In this document: one piece after another, positions 10,938 through 21,400 of the stretch
Layout of the letters: every line of letters starts with the position of its first letter
Position numbering within the stretch: the stretch's first letter is position 1
Assembly: GCF_015852565.1 (NCBI RefSeq)
Contig: NC_136205.1
Coordinates: 3,002,707 to 3,066,706 of the forward strand
Direction of reading: 5' to 3'
DNA from: Branchiostoma floridae
Lineage: Eukaryota
DNA length: 64,000 bases
Program-made: the position numbers and the translations under genes
Notes under the pieces: model-generated
What the model saw: the letters and a program-made list of their open reading frames with translations, nothing else
What the model was told of the DNA's origin: nothing
Database searches by the model: none

Positions 10938-12882
10938 GTGTGGAGTAACCTCTTCAAGGGTCACCTGCCCCTGTCCAGCCAGCAGGAGATGGTGGTGGGA
11001 GTTCTTCACCAGCTCCACTCCCGCATGCGGAACGTGGACAAACTGAAACAACATCAGCAGGAATCCCTCTCCAAGAAGTCACACGACATCTCGCGGCACC
11101 CCCGCCTGCACAGACTGCTCACGCAGGAGCTCAGTAGACCGGGTTCGTACGCGGACTTGTCGATGTTTGAGAGCGAGACGGTGTCCAGCTCCTGTGGAGA
11201 CATCCCGAATGAGGTCTTCACGAGGGAAGATAGCATGGAGTCAGAGTCGAGCGACAGCCGAAGCGGGGACGCAACTCTTCTTCACAAGCTGCTTGAAACC
11301 AGACCGTCGATGCAAAGCCAGGACACGGAGATCCCGATAACGTCTCTGGCCAGCGGCACAACTACAACCACCACGGTCACGACGCAGTCCGTGTCGAGTA
11401 TCGCCAGCCCTGCGGCCACCATGCCCACTTGGAGTACAGCTCGGTCGGGACAACAAGTTGCTGTCGTACTACCCGAGCAGCGGCATCCGCAAATGGAATG
11501 GCAGACGGACAAAGAACACGGAAAGCCTAGTGGGGAGAAGGCAGGCCCGCATAAGCCTATGCTCATGGGAAAGAACTTGGTTAGCTTATCCGAGGAGCAG
11601 AAAATTTCCGCAGACAGCACGAGCTGCGACAGCATGTCAAGAAATGTACCGAAAATGGGGAAGGCCGAACACGCAATGGGCAAAAGGCCAGGACTGCAAC
11701 CAACACCACTGAACAGACAGAACAGTGACATGTCTGTAGCTTTGAGGCAGCCCAGCTGCTCAAGTGTTAGCCCAACAGGTTCAGTTTCGTCCGCAAAGGG
11801 AATAGAGCCAACAGTTCAGGGCCTAAATCAAGGCGCTACGACGACTCCAGTTGGTGACGAGGAATTGACAGATGCTGCATTAGAGACCCCATTGCTTAGA
11901 CAGCTGCTAAGTACGGACAAACGTGGCGAGAACGACGCCGGGATGACCCCCGAAGAGAGGGAACGACAACGGAAGGAAGTGCTTCTTGAGAAGATGCTGC
12001 AAGACGATGACTCGCCAAAGACCGGTGGCACCCCCCACGTTACTGGTCAGCAGGCTACCGTCAGGATGGCGGACAGCACAAGCACAAACGGAGACCTAGA
12101 GAAGAAAGAGAAACAGGAGCAAGTCAATAAGATCTTGCAGAACCTCCTTGCTGCTACCGGCAGTGCCCCGCTAGACACCATGCCAAGCAATGTAGCCGAT
12201 TGGGACGACGAAGCTCTTCTGGATCTGATCAAGCAAGAGGGAGACAGCCTGCTGAGCAATATACAAGGCGTTGGGGTTGGTGGGAAAGGCATGACGGACG
12301 TGACGTCTAGTCAGGACACCATGCAGTTCCACACGGCAGGCGGAAACGTTGGACACGTGTCGATCATGCCTTCGTCCTTCCCTCCGGCAGCTTTACCGAT
12401 CACTGCCACCGCGGGGACGAACTTGAACATCGGCATACTCGGCTCCAACGCTTCCCAAAGACTCAATTCTGATCCGTCAAGCCAAGTTTCAAAAGGCCTT
12501 GACAACGTGGGAGTTCCGCCGAGTTTGAGCGCTGGAAGCCTACAGAACAGCGAGCAAGTCATCGCTGAGTTAGAAAACCTTCTTGGTCTCCAAGGAAACA
12601 ACAGTCTTCTCGGGACGCAGCAAGGTCCAGGAGTGAGCCGTTTTAACCAAATGGGCAGTTCTGTCATGGGTTGGTCCGACCCCCCACAGGGTGGTGATCT
12701 CGTCGCCCAGCTAGAAAGTGTTCTAAAGAGCGACAGTTCCATTCTATGTGAAATTGACCAGCTGCTCGGGATTGCGCCCTCCGCCGGCGGTGTTCCGATG
12801 ACCCCAGGGGCGGAGGGTGGGGATTTCTCCATGCTAGATGGGGGACTGGATGGTTCGCAGTCCTTTCCTCCAATGGGGCCAG
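10938..12882 (+). CDS. NCOA: NCOA homolog large exon 9 (nuclear-receptor interaction domain with three LXXLL boxes: LLHKLLE, LLRQLLS, ILQNLLA)
   Basis: The 1945 nt open frame starts right after acceptor tctatAG. The donor is GTAATA at 12883. It is S/T-rich with three NR boxes, as in SRC-1/2/3. Confidence 0.85.
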
Positions 12883-13249
12883 GTAATAATAATAGTGTTT
12901 TATTGCAAATTCATGCCTATGAGGCTAAATCAAATGCTAATGTACTAACTATGAAATTAAAAGTGATTGTACATGCATGTATGTGGGCTAATAACAAGTG
13001 AATAATCTAAATTGTAACATGGCAGTTGAAAATGAAACATCTTATATTTTCTATGATATAGGTTGATGTGATGATCTCCGTAAGAAGAGCATTTTAAAGT
13101 TTGTGTTTTTCTAGCAATGAAAAGCATGGTGTGATTTCGGATGCTTTTCAAATAGTCATTTTCCTTCAGCATGGAATCTGGGACATTCACAAATGAAATG
13201 TGTTTCCACTGCTTTCTTGTGCACTGCTTACCAATTCTCCCATGAACAG

Positions 13250-13377
13250 GTAATGACATGGGGGTCGGCCAGTCGGTCGTTAGTCCAGGAATGGTTGGGC
13301 CGGACCATGATCCCAGCCAGGTCCCCTTGTCTCCAGTGCGAGGCATGCCACCCAAGCAAATGCCAAACATGGGCATG
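13250..13377 (+). CDS. NCOA: NCOA homolog exon 10 (GNDMGVGQSVVSPGMVGPDHDPSQVPLSPVRGMPPKQMPNMGM)
   Basis: Acceptor tgaacAG and donor GTGAGT. Phase consistent. Confidence 0.7.
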
Positions 13378-13944
13378 GTGAGTACATATACTGTTTGTTT
13401 ACAACTCAGTTGTTCTGTTTGGTTACAATACTTCCCTTGGGAAAGAAATACATTTTGTGAAATTTTCTCTTAGTAAATAGGTGTGGGTCAGTCGACTGAA
13501 CACACGTATGTCACATCTTCAGAAGGACACTGGAGCTGCACAATTTCTTTGAACAGATTTTATTCAATCCCGCACTCAATGGGCTGTCCCTTGATTGGCT
13601 AAACCACCATCGGCACTATGGCACCTCATATATGAGGTGCCATAGTGCCTGAAAGCCTGAATGCCTTGATCAAAATTCACCTGTCTGAATATGCTAATTT
13701 CAGCCCAGCCACCAAAGAGGTCACATCAACAAAACATGTTTAGATTAGTCTATGGGAACAATGCATCATGCAGCTCCAATATATATATCCTTAAGTAGTA
13801 CCTGTTTTCTTTGCATGTATTTATTAACAGAACAGCTTAAGAAGGTTTGATGTTGCCTTGGTCAAGGTTTGTGCTCTCCAAGCAAGTTTACCCTTACTTG
13901 TGATGCAACTTGATTTATGTCAAATGCCTCCTTACTTTGAACAG

Positions 13945-14064
13945 CAGCCCAACAGAAGTCTGCCGCAGGGACAGCCCAAGGTGCCCAACACAACCTCATT
14001 CCCTGCTGGTGCCAATCGACCCAGCATGCCGCAGCAGCAGGCAATGGCGATTGCCAGGAGCCAG
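13945..14064 (+). CDS. NCOA: NCOA homolog exon 11 (QPNRSLPQGQPKVPNTTSFPAGANRPSMPQQQAMAIARSQ)
   Basis: Acceptor tttgaacAG (NAGNAG context) and donor GTAATG. Phase 0/0. Confidence 0.65.
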
Positions 14065-14359
14065 GTAATGGCAAGAGAAAAGACAGTCACAGTTTGCCAC
14101 TTTAACAAGAGTCTGCACATACTTTTAAAATGTCATAATATCACATATTGGATTCTGTTCTTCAAGAAATTCCTTAAGTAGTCTGCCAAATCTTAGGTCA
14201 CTCAGCAGTTGCAACTTCCAGTAGAAAGGTGGACCAGGTGTAAATGTCACAGATGGCCATTGTGAGTCTCTGCTAACTGCCTGGCCTGGATCTTTTTCGG
14301 CATATATCTTGGTCTTAAACTAATACTACTGGTTAAGTGTTAACATTCTCTTTTTGCAG

Positions 14360-14587
14360 AGCAACAGCCGTCCCATGATGCCGCACACGCAGCAGCAGCT
14401 GTACAACATGCTGCAGAGGCGGCAGTCCCAGCTGCTGCTGCAACAGAGGCAGCTGCAGGCCCGGCTGGCTGCAGCCGGCGGGAACTACCGCCTCTCCAAC
14501 CTTAGCAACGAACAGCGGCTGCAGCTACAGAGGATCCAACTACAGAGGAGACAGGCCCAGGCACTGGCAGCACAGGCTCAGGCACAG
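14360..14587 (+). CDS. NCOA: NCOA homolog exon 12, Q/L-rich (QQLYNMLQRRQSQLLLQQRQLQARLAAAG...QAQALAAQAQAQ), CBP/p300-interaction-like region
   Basis: Acceptor ttttgcAG and donor GTCTGT at 14588. Glutamine-rich like the vertebrate SRC AD1/Q-rich region. Confidence 0.75.
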
Positions 14588-14749
14588 GTCTGTAGATACA
14601 TGTACAATGTAGAAAGTGGAAGTGCAAATGAAAATGAAAATGGGATGCAACAAATTTGGACAGAAAATTACACTGTCAGATAAACAGAAGAAAAATAGAT
14701 TGGCAAAAGAGAAACAGTGCAACCATTTTATCAGAGGATCCTGCTACAT

Positions 14750-14930
14750 GTACAAATGAGACAGGCCCAGGCCCTAGCATTACAGGCACAGGTCTGTAGA
14801 AAGAAAACTATCCCTCACAAAGCTCTGTCTTACAGTAGACACATAATATAAATGGTTCAGACTGAGGATCCAGTTACAGAGGTGACAGGCCCAGGCCCTA
14901 GCAGTACAGGCTCAGGCACAGGTCTGTAGA
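14750..14930 (+). repeat. Two echo copies of the NCOA exon 12 3' end plus donor (GACAGGCCCAGGC.CTAGCA.TACAGGC(TCAGGC)ACAG|GTCTGTAGA)
   Basis: Copies at 14757-14800 and 14880-14930, versus the authentic 14540-14597. Confidence 0.8.
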
Positions 14931-15352
14931 ATTAAGAAAAAAAAAATTAAATTGGCACAGCTTTAATAAGGACTTCTGTTACTCATTCACTCACTATCCA
15001 TTGTTAAAGAGTCGATTTAGTTCAATTGAAAATGGAATTTAGCAAATTCAGACAGGTTTGACATCAGAAAAATACACCGTCAGGAGATAGATTGGCAAAT
15101 GATTCTGGCTAATATACACTTAGGATACTGGCATTTTCTTTTACATTTTGATGCCTATCAGACATCTCCCTAAGACATTCTGGCTAGAGTGCTGCTTCTT
15201 GCCACTATTCCATGGTAGTTAGCAGTTTCATCAAAGAGAGAGTGTGTTGCATATCTGTCAAGTAAATTTTCTGTTTTCATTTGCATCATATGTTTGACAG
15301 AGATTGGCTTTGCTAGTAGTCCTTTTCTGACGATTCTCTCTTGACTTTGCAG

Positions 15353-15773
15353 GGAATGGGGTCCAATCCGTCAGCAGCTCCACACATGGCTGGCCGTCCC
15401 AACAACCCTCTAAACTTCCCCAGCGGTGGTGGTGGGGTAAACTTTCCCCAGGGGGGTGGGGCTGGCATGAACATGGCCCAGCCTGGCAACACCATCGGTG
15501 TCCAACAGGGAGGTGTTAATCTTCCCCAGGGTGTTGGTATGACCCGCCCTCCAGGCGCAAATACTGGCATGAACTTTCCCCAGGGCGTAAATAGCAGCTT
15601 GAGCCATCCCCAGAGTGGTAATGGTGGTATGAACCACCCCCAGGGTGTAAACACAGGCATTCCCCACACCCAGGGAGTCAACAGTGGCATGAGCCGCCCC
15701 CAGAGTGGCCAGAGCAACATGAGCTCCCAAGGCTCGGTCTTCCCATCACAACAGGGTGGCAACATCAACCAAG
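15353..15773 (+). CDS. NCOA: NCOA homolog exon 13, G/N/P/Q low-complexity repeats (G(M/V)N(F/H)PQGVN x about 7)
   Basis: Acceptor ctttgcAG and donor GTGAGA. The long ORF 15341-15787 has imperfect 9-10 aa repeats. Confidence 0.7.
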
Positions 15774-16238
15774 GTGAGATCTTTTGATAGATGGAATTAA
15801 AGTTTTTATATAATGTAGTAATTGTGTCTAAGTTTTAGGAGCAATATGTTGGAAGCACTTACTATGTTGCTTTTTATTTTACAGAAAGCTTTTTGCTTCT
15901 TTCGACAATACACTACAAAGTGTTGTCTACTGAGATTTGAATGTGGTTTTAGAGAACTGATACTTATAACTTTTAAACTAATGGCAAAATTAAGGTCAAA
16001 ATTGAAAGGGCTTGGCAGATGTACACTGATTTGAGTAATGATGAAGAAGAAAAAGATGTCTATATCCATTATTGTCATGATAGATAAATAGTTTTGTTGC
16101 CTTTTTAATGTTACCTATAAGTCCGTAAAAATACTAAAACTCTAGAAAACTTTGATTAAAATCGCATAGTTTGAAAATGACATCTGATATTCTTGAATAT
16201 GACATAACTTAATGATTCTACGATTCTCTTCTCTACAG

Positions 16239-16714
16239 GTTTTCAAGCCAGACCAGGCATGTCGGGGCAGCCCCCCCAGCTGCGCGCCCGTATGGTACGG
16301 CCCGCCAACCTGTCCATCAACCAGCAGATGATGGGGTCCAACATCAGGGGTCAGAATGCAGGCATGATGTCACCCAGCGCCATGACCTCACTCGTCAGCA
16401 TGACCCCTGGCCCCATCGTTTCGCCCAATCAGGTGGCTCCGCCGAACCAGATCTCGCCGTCGGCTCAGTTGATGACGTCCAAGACGATGTCAATGCAGGC
16501 AACCAATCAAATGCCGGGAATGGGTCCACCGCTAATGTCGCCCAATCAGATGACAGCTCCAAGGTCAAGGACACCGTCCAGCCCAGGGATGACATCACCC
16601 ATCTTGATGACATCACCGAACCAGATGGTGCCGCCCAATCAGATGGCAGGAAATCCTGTGACATCACAGGGCGGAATGGTCTCTCCTTTGACACCTCGGA
16701 TGCCTTATGGACAG
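16239..16714 (+). CDS. NCOA: NCOA homolog exon 14, (M/V)(S/P)PNQ(M/I/V) repeat region
   Basis: Acceptor ctctacAG and donor GTGCTC. The ORF has six or more SPNQM-like repeats. Confidence 0.7.
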
Positions 16715-17107
16715 GTGCTCTTACTGGTTTTCATTTAGCAACTTTCAATTTAAATCATCTATGATTCAATGCAGAAAACAGCCTATGAAGGTTTTCTTCC
16801 AGAAATAACAAGGCATTAGAGGTGGTGAACAACCCCTAATCTGATTAAATTTGGCTTTATATGTTGGCCTACCCAACATTCTGATGCAGATCATTTAAAT
16901 TAGTGATGAAAATAAGATTTTCAGATATGACACCGTTGTTCCAATGAAACCAACATGCATGTACCCACGTATTTGATGCTTATTAAGACATCTTTCTATT
17001 GTAAACCTTAAATGTTATAGAACACCCTTAAGATGATGTAGAGGTTACACAAGATAAAACTCAGTTTACAGCAGAATGAAAAATGTATTTTCTTTCTCGT
17101 CAAACAG

Positions 17108-17171
17108 ATGGGCCCTACAGGAAGTTCCATGATGCCACAGCGTCCTTCCAACATGCACAGCATCCAGCAAG
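17108..17171 (+). CDS. NCOA: NCOA homolog exon 15 (MGPTGSSMMPQRPSNMHSIQQ)
   Basis: A 64 nt exon between acceptor caaacAG and donor GTGAGA. Phase 0-in and 1-out, which is required by its neighbours. Confidence 0.6.
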
Positions 17172-17573
17172 GTGAGACATTCCTAACAAGTTAGATTGAC
17201 AGCATTGAAATTACAGTAGCGGCATCTTAGTATATGCAAATAGCTTTATGGCAAGAATGTGCAATAATCTTATTGTTATTATGGCCAATTGAGCAAAACT
17301 ATGATGTATTTTGGTTAAACTGTTAATTTTGATTTCAATCCAAAATGATTTCAATTACAAAAATTATTTTGGTCAGGTCTAGGAGTCTTGCTAATTTATT
17401 GTTTAACCATTATTTTCCAATATGATGATTTGAAAGGATTCTTCACATTGAAGAACACACATTGTAAAAAAGAATATCCCTCATTCTTGCTAACTAGGCA
17501 TGTACAATGCATTAAGGTCTCTATGTAATTAAAAAAAGTTCACAATATGTTTTGTCTTTACCATGTTAAACAG

Positions 17574-17779
17574 GTGGGTTTTCAGGACCACATCAAGCCC
17601 AGATGGCTGTACCAGTGTCCCAGAACTCCTTACCGAGGATGCAGCAGCGTTCTCCTATGGGGCAGCCACGGCTGGGCCAGTCTGCAATACATGGTATGGC
17701 ACAACTGTCACCGAGACGGGCACAGGCACCGCAGGGGATGGGCCACTCTGTGCAAGACAGGAACCAGGACTTTTCAATG
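17574..17779 (+). CDS. NCOA: NCOA homolog exon 16 (GGFSGPHQAQMAVPVSQNSLPRMQQRSPMGQPRLGQSAIHGMAQLSPRRAQAPQGMGHSVQDRNQDFSM)
   Basis: Acceptor gttaaacAG and donor GTACGG. Phase consistent. Confidence 0.7.
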
Positions 17780-18357
17780 GTACGGACAGAGCAAGATAGA
17801 TTGACTGGATTTTGAGAATCTTAACACAACCATTTTAACACCCGTGACAGTTTTGTAGCAGTGTTTTGAAAGTAACTGTCCTTGTTTTTAGGTTAGATCC
17901 AGTAAGATTAGCTACTAAGAAATTCAATATTGAAATAGTATTTATTATATATGTTTGTTAGTGGACTGAATAAAGTATCAATTTTACATATAGACAATTG
18001 TCAAAGATAGGCTTTGATCAGTCACAAATTTATCATTGTTAATAATATTTACGATTATCATGACTGAGCCATTTTATTTTTACATGTCACTTTAAAAGTT
18101 TAGAATTGATTGTAACTTCAATAATCGTTAAGTTCAGCAAGTGAGTTAATCTCATTTCTTTTATTATATGATAATTCCAGAACATGCTTTTTCTTTGTTG
18201 TTTGGATTTTCTATTCCTATGAAATGTCTTGTGAAATGAAGATGTTTTAAGTCTGAAAATGGATTCCTCACATATACATGTATTCAACTTGCTTCTGTCA
18301 ACAGACAGGTTGTGCAATATTTCAGCAAATGACTTAATCTTGTCTCTTCTATTCCAG

Positions 18358-18571
18358 AACAACCAAATGAATCAGGGGAATGCAGGAGGAATGGCACAGT
18401 CGCCCTTCAACCAGCTCTTGTCCCCGACATCCTCCGGTCCTAATCAGCTCTTGTCCCCAGTGTCCTCTGGTCCAGGTCAGCTCTTGTCCCCAGTGTCCTC
18501 AGTAGCCCCCAGACCCAACTTCATGCCATCTGCTGCTACGTCGAGCAGCAGTCAGATGCAGTCATATGCTG
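18358..18571 (+). CDS. NCOA: NCOA homolog exon 17 (NNQMNQGNAGGMAQSPFNQLLSPTSSGPNQLLSPVSSGPGQLLSPVSS...SQMQSYAG), 3x QLLSP(V/T)SSGP repeat
   Basis: Acceptor ctattccAG and donor GTAAGT. Internal 30-nt tandem repeats. Confidence 0.7.
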
Positions 18572-18999
18572 GTAAGTCATGACTTGTATCTGAATTGTTG
18601 TCCGTTGTTATGACTTATAATGTAAAGACAACCTTAAGTTGGTGTGCTACCTTGATTATAACTTGAAACCTCACACCTTTTTGTGTATAGGACTGTGCCA
18701 ATCTTTGTTTCTATAGCTCACAGAGCCACAAGAAGGCTAGTGTTCTTGATAGAGTAACACAAATTAATACAGTCAAACCTGTCTATGGCAACCAATCATA
18801 GAACTTGAAAAGAAAATGGTCACTGCAGACAGGTGGCTGCTATATATAGGAATCTTAATTGTAGTAACTGTAGAAAAATTATCTGATTTAAAGGACCATC
18901 AAAAATAAGTCTCAAAGGCCAGGCAGTCCCTTTACAGACTCAAGACAGCCCCTAATGCAAGTTGTAGATGATGAACATTTTTTTTTCTCCACCATGCAG

Positions 19000-19178
19000 T
19001 TGCCAGAGCGGGAATGTCCCTTCCGACAAGCGCGGGAATGATCAGTCCCCACGGGGGCCCACCCAAGAGTCAGTTTGGGGCCGACGCCCTCATCAGGGAC
19101 TCGAGCGGCCCTCTCGGGCCAGCCTCTGATTCAGGTAGCTCTCTTGGTGAATCAGGATGCTCACAAAGTGACTTGAAG
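19000..19178 (+). CDS. NCOA: NCOA homolog exon 18 (VARAGMSLPTSAGMISPHGGPPKSQFGADALIRDSSGPLGPASDSGSSLGESGCSQSDLK)
   Basis: Acceptor ccatgcAG and donor GTATGC. Phase consistent. Confidence 0.65.
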
Positions 19179-19559
19179 GTATGCATGTGGTGATCTGGAC
19201 CATGATTCGCTAATCTCTCCCTCTCCGTATGCACCCTTTTGATGATGACACTGTCAGTTGATTTGATTCAAGTTTGGGTTGGGGACTTGATTTTGTGGTA
19301 GGAGGCACGCACTTGTGTTGTTTGAGTCCATTGAGCCCACTATTGAAGAAAAGGTGAACATAGGCCCACTTTACATGTTGAATTTTGCGATATTGGACTG
19401 TGTCAGGTTTTTCCTGTGATGGAAGTGAGTCAATAATGATGTTCCTATCATCAAAAGGGTGCATTCCAGCCAACAGTCAGTGGTAGCTGTGATCTGCATG
19501 CGCATTTTTGTCCCAGACATCCTACTGCTGCTATATGTCTACATGTATGAGGGACTTGT

Positions 19560-19665
19560 CGGCAGTAGTTGTGTCATTGGTGTAGCCTGAGTACCATCCT
19601 CCATAGTGACCGCTGGCTTTCGCTTGCTAACTCCGTGGTTAGCAAGCGAAAGTATTGAGCCAGCG
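19560..19665. repeat. Roughly 105 nt imperfect palindrome/hairpin in NCOA intron 18
   Basis: CCTGAGTACCAT...GCTTTCGCTTGCTAAC | GTTAGCAAGCGAAAG...ATGGTACTCAGG. Confidence 0.6.
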
Positions 19666-20280
19666 AAGCATGGTACTCAGGCTGTCATTGGTGTCCTGAT
19701 ACAGTTTCTGAATCATTTAACTTCTGTCTGCTTCATGTTCAATGTTGGGTTGTCGCCCCCCCCCCCTTTCCCTTGCATGATTTTCTGTGAATCAATCTCT
19801 AATGATGGTGTACTTGTGGATGTGAGTGAGGTATTTGCTTTTTTTGTTTGTATTACTTTAAGTTTCTGTTGTTTTGTGCCATGTTTCTTTGTGTCAAGTA
19901 AATGTAACAACAGAGAGAAAAAAGTTTATGAGGGATCATGGAATTACTATTTACTTGTCATAGCACAAGGGAGCTGTGAGTAAATAGAGTTGCATTGATC
20001 CCTATTCAAAATATATTTCTCTCTGATGTAATTACAACTTTGCAAAATGGTTGTTGTAACCGTACATATGTACATGTATCTTTTCACTATTTTTGATATA
20101 AACAATTGGAAAATATTTTGGACCTATTCGGTCATAAAGGGAACAAAAGATATAATTGTTCCTGCCAAATTGACAAGTTTTTCTACAAAACATCCCTTGT
20201 GTCTGGTGTGTTCCTGTCAGTGACATTATTATTGGTCTGTTAAGTGCTATAATGTCAATTCTGGACCCATGTGTGCGCAG

Positions 20281-20331
20281 GAGGTGATAAGAAGCAGTAG
20301 TAGTGGAAACGGAGGCAACGATGGGATGAAG
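20281..20331 (+). CDS. NCOA: NCOA homolog exon 19 (EVIRSSSSGNGGNDGMK), 51 nt
   Basis: Acceptor tgtgcgcAG and donor GTATGG. Phase 0/0 as required by its neighbours. Confidence 0.55.
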
Positions 20332-20829
20332 GTATGGACTTTTCATTGTTTCGCAGAGAAAATATTGTGCATATTATGTAGACAATATGATTGAGTTACA
20401 CATGGCATAATTAAATGAGGTGATATTGATGACTCTCACTCAGACTGTAAAAGTACACTGGGACACTATGAGTGAAATTCTAGTTGCTTTAACTAAGGAG
20501 TTAGCTGCATGATTGATCAAAAGATTTTTAGACAAAATGATCATATAACTATCATATTAAGAGAGTTGCATGCAGATCAAATGACTTTTTTATTGACACA
20601 ACAGAAGTGTTTCCACGAGGTTTTACTCTACAACTATAAATAAAATGTGTCCAGTATGCAACCATCACTGGATCTGTTCGGGTGTGACTGCTAGGCCTTT
20701 GTAATTTATGAAACGTTTAGGGGGTCTGGTCTATAAGTTTTATAAAATTTATCAGAAACACAGAGCCAAACCAATCCGATTACTATTTGTGAGCCGTGTG
20801 TATTCAACCTATTGCTATACTCTAGTATC

Positions 20830-21240
20830 AGATAAGGCCTAGGAAAAAAAATGTTGTGTTTCCTGTTTCCCTACCTACCCTAGAAAAACCTGCCGACCCT
20901 AGACTTTTTTTTGGGGTGGGCAGAGGAGTCACAGTTTCCAGTTAGAATTTTTATTCAGCCTGCTTCCTATTGAAGCAAAAACACTGCTTGTCCTATCTAA
21001 TGAAGGATAAATGTATCTATTGTGCACAAAATTTAAAGTTTGACATTAAAAGAGAAGTGTCCTCATGCACTTCAGTTTGTTCGACTGTATTGTAATATGT
21101 ATCACTAGAGTTTTGGCCAGCCTAAAAAAAAAATTACAAGAAAAAAAGAAGATAATCCCTACCTACCGACCCTAATTTTTTCAGGACTGAAACAGGAAAC
21201 ACAACATTTTTTTTCCTAGGCCTAATACATGGTACTTCTA
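20830..21240. mobile_element. MITE-like element with ~60 bp inverted termini (AGGCCTAGGAAAAAAAATGTTGTGTTTCCTGTTTC...) in NCOA intron 19
   Basis: 20835-20900 is the reverse complement of 21175-21235. Confidence 0.6.
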
Positions 21241-21334
21241 TGTCAGTTACAGTATCTTGTCATGTTCAAAATGAAAAATAAAGATTAAAGATGTGTGTTG
21301 AAGTACATAACAATCTTTGCTGTTTGTTTCACAG

Positions 21335-21400
21335 CAACAAACCAGCTCATCAGATAGTGAAAAAGAGAACAGCCTACTACTCAAGCTACTAATGGACTAG
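21335..21400 (+). CDS. NCOA: NCOA homolog terminal coding exon (QQTSSSDSEKENSLLLKLLMD*), C-terminal LLXXL like the SRC-1a extreme C-terminal NR box
   Basis: Acceptor tttcacAG and stop TAG at 21398-21400. Followed by a long AT-rich 3' UTR. Confidence 0.75.
   Translation, partial: QQTSSSDSEKENSLLLKLLMD

Noticed and set aside
11282-12832. Several 60-170 aa minus-strand ORFs overlapping NCOA exon 9 (e.g. 12311-12832, 11282-11731).
   Set aside because: They are antisense to a strongly supported, homology-backed coding exon. Their Cys/Arg/Pro-rich junk translation is typical of the reverse strand of GC-rich coding DNA.
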